From positions 4,599,374-4,663,373 of the forward strand of contig NW_019091355.1 in assembly GCF_001949145.1 (NCBI RefSeq): a stretch of 64,000 nt of DNA, written 5' to 3'. The stretch is from Acanthaster planci (taxonomy: Eukaryota). Shown here piece after piece: positions 56,350 to 64,000 of this stretch (the first letter of the stretch is position 1; each line of letters opens with the position of its first letter). Both the position numbers and the translations under genes were made by a program. The notes under the pieces were generated by a model, which was not told the origin of the DNA, did no database searches, and saw only the letters and a program-made list of their open reading frames with translations.

Positions 56350-57098
56350 ATGGATGGCGAGAAGTTTAAAAACATGGAAATAGATGAAAACGGGAGCTAC
56401 AAACACGTAAAGGGCGGAATATTCGTCAGTAAGATTCAGATAGCAGCGTTCGTGGGCCTAGCACTCTTGCTGTGTACAGCTGTCGGTCTCATGGCGGGGC
56501 TTATACCGCAGCGTGGCGTCCCAAACGGCGAACCCACCCCTAGCCCTTCGGCTAAACCAGAGCCCCCAATGGAAACCACAAAGATGCCAACGACGACCAC
56601 CAAGAAACCGACAGTTAGGCCTACCACCAAGAAACCGACAGTGACTACCAGCAAACCGATGATGACCACAAACCGACCAGCAACCACGCCCACCCCTTGC
56701 GTGGATCCCTGGTGTAATCTACGCCTTCCCTCTGCCATCTACCCGGAACACTACAAGTTGCTGCTCTACCCAGACCTGGACACCGCTAACTTCACCGGCA
56801 CGGTGGATATCGACATCGTGGTCAAGGAAGCCATCAGGTTTCCACGACTCCACATCAACAAGATGATCATCCACTCGTCTCAGATTAGGCCTGCCGTGGA
56901 ATCCGGCTCCACACCGGCACCAGCTCTGGAGGTTGTCCGGTCTTTCGAGTATGTTCCTAATCAGTTCTACGTGATGGAGATGAAGGACGATCTGATGCCA
57001 GGGAACTACGTCTGGAGCTTAGAGTTCCAGGGATATCTGCAACCAAACCGTGTGGGGTTCTACCTAAGCACTTACACCAATGAAAAGGGTGAAAAAAG
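56350..57098 (+). CDS. Enpep: ENPEP-like aminopeptidase, variable first exon 1B (61-aa stalk)
   Basis: Paralog of 1A with its own ATG (caacATGG), TM and longer Thr-rich stalk. Donor AAAAG|GTAAGA, phase 2. No stops or frameshifts. Confidence 0.9.
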
Positions 57099-58993
57099 GT
57101 AAGACCATATTACCGCGTATAATTATGAAGGCTCTCTGACACCTAGGAATAATGTTAAGATTATATTTAGAGCTTGGATTTTCTTGGAATGTACTACCAA
57201 GCCGAGTAGGGGCCTACCATAAGCACTAGTAAGACCGAGATCATGGAAATGCACGTTAAAAGGCATGTCTATAGCCTACCATTCAAGACTTCTCGGCCGC
57301 CAACATGAGCAATATTTGTCTGTGTGAAACTTACCGCCCATCGCTCAGAGAGGACTTCAGGCAGGCCAAATTTCCCAAGATCCAAATGGATTTCATTAAG
57401 ATTACAGCTGAAATTTCAGTCTTCTCTGGGATTAATTCTGACGATGCCAACATTGAGCTTTGACTCCAGGGGGGACTTGATCGAACAGAGTCAGGGGAAT
57501 CAAGTTGGCGCACTGCCTCTTTCCTCGCGCCTTTCACCTTAGCTCCCTGGGTTCCATTTCCAGCTCGGCAGTCCTCCTGTGGATTGGGTTTTCAATACTA
57601 ACCTGATTCTGTGGATATTACCCAGAATATTTGAAAACTGTAACTGCTTCTCTTTCTCCTTTCCAAGGGTTTCTTCAGGCCTGGGAGCTTCATTTCTTTC
57701 GGACATTTTTGAGGAATCTTTGGTTTCATTTCCAGAAGTACTTAATAAAAGCATAAGCTATGCTGTCTTCATATTTAGAGGGGTTGACCGGTTTTGACAA
57801 TTTTGACCACAGGTTTAAAACTGCTCGGCCTTAAATTTTCAGCGAGGAACTGGAAGAAGAAATGCGCTTCGTCTGTCAATACAGACCCGTCACCACTTCA
57901 AGCATTTTTTTAAAAAAATTATCATGGCGCCATGGGTTAAGTTTTTATTAAAGCCCCCCCCCAAAAAAAAGCAACTACAACAACTGCAACAAAAATAACA
58001 ACGACAAAAATTACCCTTTTCCACTGAAAAATTCCGAGAAGAAATGATTCCACAGAACTATTTGGCTATTTGGATCTGGGCACATGCCCAAGATATTTTT
58101 AATCAGGATAATAATGCACAGTCATTTTGTATATTAAGCCCTTGTAACTCTATACGCGAGCAAACAAACAATTTAAACATGCACTAAACAAATTCAAGCA
58201 ATAAGTTTATCGCCATTTACAAACCACCACCATTACATCAAATACTGAAGGTCAACGAGCAGAAATAGGCTACGCCTAGGGCACATACGCTGCTAGTCTA
58301 AGTTATCAAGTGCCTCATGACCCTTGAAAAGTGGACTTGCCCGAGTCTCACGAGTACGGTAATTTTTGAAGTACCTCCCCTTGAGAAATCACCTTGGGAT
58401 CTTTCTTTAGTGCCACAGCTTAAGAACAAGATTTTCCTCTGCTCTCTGGGGCACAATTCTGCATAGGTGCAGTCAAGCTTGCCGGTATCGGTCACCCTCT
58501 CGTAAGTTTTTCGGGAAATTAGAGAATCAGTTTATCTTGAACATAACCTGCACGTTCTGCAAACAGCCGATGTGAGCGACGCTTTATTTCTCCCAAGAGT
58601 TTTAAAAAAACATACCGATTCCACAGCCCCACAAATCGCGTATTATCAACACACGGCCTCCCACAGAAAGTTCGACTTTGTCACTATCACATGTCTTTAG
58701 GGGCGTGGTTTCAGCTAACCGCCTTATTCATAGTTGCATCTTGTTCAAAACCCATAGAGAGTTGCCACATGGGTCATGTTTTGTTTACTTGGGTCATAGT
58801 TTACAACTGTTCACAGGACTCTTCGTTTAATTGATTTTTTTCAGGCAACCATATTTCTCTAAGACAAGGCCACAAGCACATCTCACAACTATGAAAAACC
58901 TGGCATACTGCATGATGTTACTGTCGACCTTGCATACATGTTGCTGCTCGCAATTTCAGTCTACATGTAATGGGGTGGGAAAACTACTAATTC

Positions 58994-59034
58994 TATATAT
59001 TTAAAGCTCCTCAAAGCAGTCCATTTCGTCAGTT
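58994..59034 (+). promoter_or_regulatory. Candidate core promoter of exon 1C (TATATATTTAAA + Inr TCAGTT at 59029-59034)
   Basis: TATA-like run about 30-35 nt upstream of a consensus TCAGTT initiator. A possible 5'-UTR intron GTGAGT(59165)...TTGCAG(59315) follows. Confidence 0.45.
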
Positions 59035-59331
59035 TTTTTCTCTCGTGAAGTCAACATGGAAACCGCGTCTAAACTCATGGATCTTCGACGCACGTCTGTA
59101 CACATTTGCAATGCTGGTGTTTATGGAAACGACATTCAGTTGAGCAGTATTAGCTGGCGCTACTGTGAGTAATTACAATGTAGTGACGTACTGTCGCAAA
59201 GAAGGGCCTTGGCCACGACTGCCACAGCTTGAAGTCCCCTCACAGATGGTTAATTCGATTTGAAGTCAAGGTTAGCGAGGAGGTCAAACTCTTTCAGCAT
59301 AATAATATATTGCAGACAGCTCGATGGCACC

Positions 59332-60002
59332 ATGGAACTTCCAAGGAAAGAGTGCGTGGCACACGAATTGAGGTTCTCCGACACCTCTATGGACGAGGTG
59401 TCAGACGGAAGTGACAAGGACAGTGACAGGGAGAAAAGAGGAGTCTACGTCCGTAGGAGCCAGATTGTGGCTGCTGTCATCCTGGTACTTATGGTGGCGG
59501 CAGTCGTGGGACTGTTGGTGGGCTACTTGCCCGAGTGCGAGACGACTACCGAGACTACAAAGCCTAGGCCGACGGTCACAACGCCTGCGCCCACCCCGCC
59601 GTGTCTAGATCCCTGGTGTAACCTTCGACTGCCTTCTGCTATCTACCCGGAACACTACAAGTTGCTGCTCTACCCAGACCTAGACACAGGTAACTTCACC
59701 GGCGCGGTAGATATCGACATCGTGGTCGAGGAAGCCATCAAGTTTCCACGACTCCACATCAACAAGATGATCATCCACTCGTCTCAGATTAGGCCTGCCG
59801 TGGAATCCGGCTCCACACCGGCACCAGCTCTGGAGGTAGTCCGGTCTTTCGAGTATGTTCCTAATCAGTTCTACGTGATGGAGATGAAGGACGATCTGAT
59901 GCCAGGGAACTACGTCTGGAGCTTGGAGTTCCAGGGATATCTTCAACCGCAGCGCACAGGGTTCTATCTGAGCACTTACACCAACGAAAAGGGTGAGAAC
60001 AG
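59332..60002 (+). CDS. Enpep: ENPEP-like aminopeptidase, variable first exon 1C (acidic tail, 21-aa stalk)
   Basis: ATG in good context (caccATGG at 59332; the ORF-track TTG start at 59260 is unlikely). TM IVAAVILVLMVAAVVGLLVGYL. Donor AACAG|GTAGGT, phase 2. Confidence 0.88.
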
Positions 60003-62210
60003 GTAGGTACCATTAAGGATATTATTCCACCCAAATCGCGTTTCAGTTTCGGGATCCTCGCGTTTTATAAAGGATAGAGCACAGAGGGTCTTTTTAAAAA
60101 AATATAACCACCTCGTGGATTTTAAACAGCATGCTTTGAAGGTTACTAGGTTGCCGGTGTGGATAAAAAACTCATGATATTACGCCATCAACATTACTAA
60201 ATGATGACATGAACTGAATGCAGTTAACCAAGGAAACGAAAAGAAGAGGCAAAGTTGACGAACAGTCGGGTAACGTATAGCAAGAGGTTACGTAAATCTG
60301 TCACAATTAAATTTTTTTTGTCTTCAGAATAATATAATTACGTAGTTACGTAGTTACGTAAATACGTAAACTTTAATCAATTAAAGTTATTAAAGCAAAC
60401 CTAAATCAAACTAACTTACACGCACCCGTCAAAAACCGGCCACATTGAACATACAACGACATGTAATATATTCGCTAATTGTGATCGTTTGCCTGAATTT
60501 CCTGTTTTTTACATCATCGAGGAATTCCTCCATATTTACATTGAGGTCTCGACCTTACAGTGAACGGTTACTTTGATGGCCGGGGTGGAAACTTGGCGTG
60601 CAGTTTTCATGCCAGTTCAATCATTGAATTAGTCCCACTGGGTCTCTGTGGTATGCCGTGGGGTCGTGCACTTTCCGACTGAGAACGGGGGTTTCTGCAG
60701 CTGTCCCATTGAGTTGAAAGTTAGCTTCGATATCACCTGAGTGCAGCAGGACGCGTGTGCTTGGGAGTGGTAGGGACAAAATGAAACAAGGAGGCTTGTC
60801 CCCTTGGTGAGATGGCGACACACATCTGGTCTTTCTCAAGTCTGTACTTTTCCCTTCTCTGTTTTCGTATTTTTTACGTGTCAATAATTCAAAGACGTCG
60901 GTGATTGAACCGGTCGACCAGGAAGACGCAAACTTAGTTGCTTGAATAAGACCCAACTGCGCAAACCGGCGTTGGCAGGGCAGGTGGATCTGTATACAGA
61001 CGGTTTCAGTTGGGGTTGTATTGGTGTATTTGCGTCAACCAGACAAAAGCCAAGTATGGATACACGGACGTATGGCTGAAAGTACAGGAACGTGGTGTGG
61101 GAACTAATGTTTGCTCTAGAATGTATGATTAACCACGCAGGTCTTGCGTCAGGGTTCTCTAACAGATGTAAATAAAACTTGCTTGAAACTTTGGACTGGA
61201 TTTCTGGATGAACTTTGGTCAGCCTTGTCCGTTATCGCGTCTGCACTCCAGTGCCAGGCAGTGACTTGCTATCTTTTATTCAGTGGTGAAATAATCCGTG
61301 TGTAGATGGGATAAAGTTTTGTCAACAGGCAAGCTGATGATGGTGAGCTGGTGATGCAATTCTCGTCCCTGGGTGCCTTTTCTGCACTGTGGCATTCAGT
61401 GGCTTGGAGGCTCCAATAGAATTCAAGGCTGTGTAATATTTCCGAAGAACTTGATTCCAAGGTTTTGAACCTTGAGTCAAGGGTGTAAATCACGGGGGAT
61501 GGGGTATATACCCCCCACCCACACAGGCACACGCTTTTTGTTGTGAGCAAAAAATAAAAGCGGACTGTGAACAAGTTTGCCGCCTTGAAAAAAGAAAAAA
61601 AAAACAATTTTTAAGAGCCCTAAATGTGCCATTCTGAATACATATTACAGGTGTACATCACTATCATGGACATCGACCTGTTTTAGAGGCCCCCCATTGC
61701 GCCATTCCTTAAATTTCAATAAATGGCACTTGTTTGTTCCAATTTTCTATTGATGTGGTCCTGTTGGAGTTATTTGTGACTCACTGAAAACTATGTGACT
61801 TGAGATTTCATAGTTGTCTTTGTGACGCCACGAGTATAGCTTTTTATCGCTTACGATTATGTATAGCGCCCTCGTGCGAGATTGACATCGAAGTTTGTGC
61901 CGTAGATTTTGTTAGGCGTTTTCTGCGTTGTCGTCTGCACTTTTCGCAGCTGGATTGTGAACCCCGGCTGAGTTAAATTTGACTTAAGTGTTATACCCCT
62001 CCCGTGAGTGTGTTCAGGACTGTCAGTTTCTCAGAAAATATTCAGCTCTCTATAACCAAAACCAGCATAACAGAGAGTACAGCAGGTCAGTTCAAGAAAG
62101 TATGGAAGTGAACATACGGTGAGAAGTGAGCAATCTAACATGTCTAACGCTTTTGGCCTGCTTCATGGAATAAATTTTGAAAACAGGTTGTGTGAAGCGT
62201 TAGAGAAATA

Positions 62211-62800
62211 TTTTTATTTATTTATTTATTTATTCTGATATCCAATTGCGGAGATCCGCCACTTACAGGTAGGGCCTATCATGGAAAACAAAACAAAAAC
62301 AACTAAAAACAAAAACGGACTTACAGGTAAAAAAAAAGGGACAAATCCAAATTAACTCGTAAATAAATAAATAATTGTATAAACACAAACTTGAGCAAAT
62401 ACATACATTTAAGTTAGGTTAATTCAGTGTAAAACTGGCTAAACCTGTGGCAGTTTACATGTACATAGTTGAGTTATGAGTGCAAAGAACTTCTGTAAAT
62501 CTCTGTACGGAACTGGTTCTTTCCTTGGTTCTTTCCTTTGAGTTTTCTGTGTCTGTTATCAGTAGTGGAGCGTTTGAAGTGCCTATTATAACATCACTGG
62601 GTCAGTTAGTAGTGATACTTAACGTTAGTTTTGTTAAACCGGATCGAGCTACTTTTAGTACTTGTGAAGTGCTGACAACATCCAGTTAGGAAATGAAAAT
62701 CAAATTGTTAGCAGTGATACAGATGTTGCTACTGAAGCAGATATGATGTCTTAGCTGGAAGCAGACCTGTAGTTTCTTAACTCGCTTATGTCTTGATTAG
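62211..62800 (-). mobile_element. Possible decayed LINE 3' end
   Basis: Minus strand ends in an (AATA)n tail (62211-62233). Upstream a broken frame reads FRTEIYRSSL, reminiscent of the RT.RY..SF C-terminal motif of CR1/L2-type ORF2. Weak. Confidence 0.3.
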
Positions 62801-62896
62801 GCCTACTAATAATATTATCTAACTTATCTATGTATTACACATAATTAAAATCCACATGTAATTCTGTTATAAATGATGTCAATATGGAAATAAATG

Positions 62897-63013
62897 TTGT
62901 TGCATCGTGTTGCGTTGCATTGCATTGTGTTGCGTTGCATTGTGTTGTGTTGCATTGCGTTGCATTGTGTTGCATTGCATGGCATTGCATTGCATTGCGT
63001 TGCGTTGCATTGC
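62897..63013. repeat. (TTGCA/TTGCG/TTGTG)n pentanucleotide microsatellite
   Basis: Visible 5-nt periodicity; explains the repetitive CNATQ/QRNAM ORFs in the track. Confidence 0.95.
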
Positions 63014-63153
63014 TTGATGTGAATACCTGGTAAAATAAAAATAAGCATCATTCACATTTGAAGGGGTTTTTCCACAGACTGGAGATATGCACATAGTGCT
63101 TGTTTTGTACTGCCCAAACCACACCGATATTTTTCTTCTCTTTATTTTTTCAG

Positions 63154-63298
63154 GAAAATGGCCACTAGCAAGTTTGAGCCCACCGATGCGCGTCGCGCAT
63201 TCCCATGTTTCGATGAGCCTAACTTGAAGGCTAATTTTACCACCTCACTAGTGCGACCACAGACCCCTTACATTGCCCTCTCCAATATGAATGAAGTT
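63154..63298 (+). CDS. Enpep: ENPEP-like aminopeptidase, shared exon 2 ([48 protein letters not shown])
   Basis: Strong polypyrimidine acceptor ttttcttctctttattttttcag|G; AG+G = Arg completes the phase-2 junction. Hallmark [16 protein letters not shown] and ALSNM motifs. Donor GTT|GTAAGT, phase 0. Confidence 0.95.
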
Positions 63299-63872
63299 GT
63301 AAGTGTTACAGTTCCCGTAAATCAAGAAAGGAGTAAGCCTAGTGTCTAGAACAACAAATGATCAGTTTTGATAACTGCTGTTTTGTCTCCTGTAGTCTAT
63401 TCTATCGCAACTCCTGTTTCTTTGTATCAGAAGATACCGCAGATCCCTTTATTGTTTAAAGTTTACATCCCCCCAATAGATTGCTCAAAATTGTTGGAAG
63501 ATGTTGAGAGATACATGGAAAGACAACTGATCACAGCTCCAACAAACTTTAACTTTTTCTAGTCTTTAAGCAGAGAGCTTTACAAAAAATACAGAACAAC
63601 TACTTTCATATATTTGGCCAGACTGTCTTGGTTGTAAAGTCCTCCAGAATATTTTTATATAGCCTTGTAGTTGCTGGAGTTCATAGTTTCAAATCTTTTC
63701 ATATCTATTCCACTCACACAGTCAGATGTACCAGTTTTGCAGATATGTTGAAGGTGTTTTGTGGTGCCCACTCCACAGAATATCCCAAAGCATTTCTCAG
63801 CACGCCTCAAATGAAGTTTGTATTTCTTGTTTTTTTTTCTTTTTCTTCCCCCTTTTCTGTGGCACAAACTAG

Positions 63873-64000
63873 AGTTCAACCCCTTATCTCAGCACAAACA
63901 TGATCAAGACAGACTTTGCCCCCTCTGTGAAGATGAGCACATACTTGGCTTGCTTCATCGTCTGTGATTTCGAATTCAAGGAGTCATTCCTAAAGAGTGG
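63873..64000 (+). CDS. Enpep: ENPEP-like aminopeptidase, shared exon 3, truncated by window end (SSTPYLSTNMIKTDFAPSVKMSTYLACFIVCDFEFKESFLKS)
   Basis: Not in the ORF track. Acceptor ...aaactag|AGT in phase 0 after a long pyrimidine tract. Contains the M1 motif F..SVKMSTYL.CF.V.DF. Confidence 0.9.

Noticed and set aside
59056..59172. METASKL... ORF as a Pitx2a-like N-terminal exon
   Set aside because: Only superficial resemblance to METNCRKL, and it is on the plus strand, opposite to Pitx.
53139..60006. Reading the three ORFs as three separate short genes or pseudogenes
   Set aside because: Each stop lies just inside a canonical donor (AG|GTAAGA, AG|GTAGGT), all frames are intact, and none includes the catalytic GAMEN/HEXXH region. 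They make sense only as exons joined to 63154.
62845..63124. Repetitive Cys/Asn/Gln-rich ORFs
   Set aside because: Translation of the pentanucleotide microsatellite in an intron.

Overview
Eukaryotic, intron-rich animal DNA. An invertebrate deuterostome is my best guess from the Pitx protein and the repeat landscape; the species cannot be fixed from sequence alone. Bases 1 to about 36 kb are a gene desert with MITEs, microsatellites and CpG-rich candidate enhancers, and no credible protein-coding ORF. A complete three-coding-exon Pitx homeobox gene lies on the minus strand (49404-49179, 44050-43833, 38498-37962; 326 aa; K50 homeodomain plus an OAR motif with an unusual R-to-C change). Head-to-head with it, about 3.7 kb away, begins an M1 aminopeptidase gene of the glutamyl aminopeptidase/ENPEP type. 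Its most striking feature is three tandem, paralogous first exons (53139-53851, 56350-57098, 59332-60002). Each encodes its own cytoplasmic tail, TM anchor, mucin-like stalk and first part of the M1 N-terminal domain, each ends in a phase-2 donor, and all three fit in frame onto one shared exon 2 (63154-63298) and exon 3 (63873 onward). This is a protocadherin/UGT1A-like 'variable first exon + constant region' design. The 3' 368 nt of the three exons are nearly identical in a mosaic pattern suggesting gene conversion, while the tail, TM and stalk halves have diverged, including loss of the putative dimerising Cys in one variant. All alignments and counts were done by eye.
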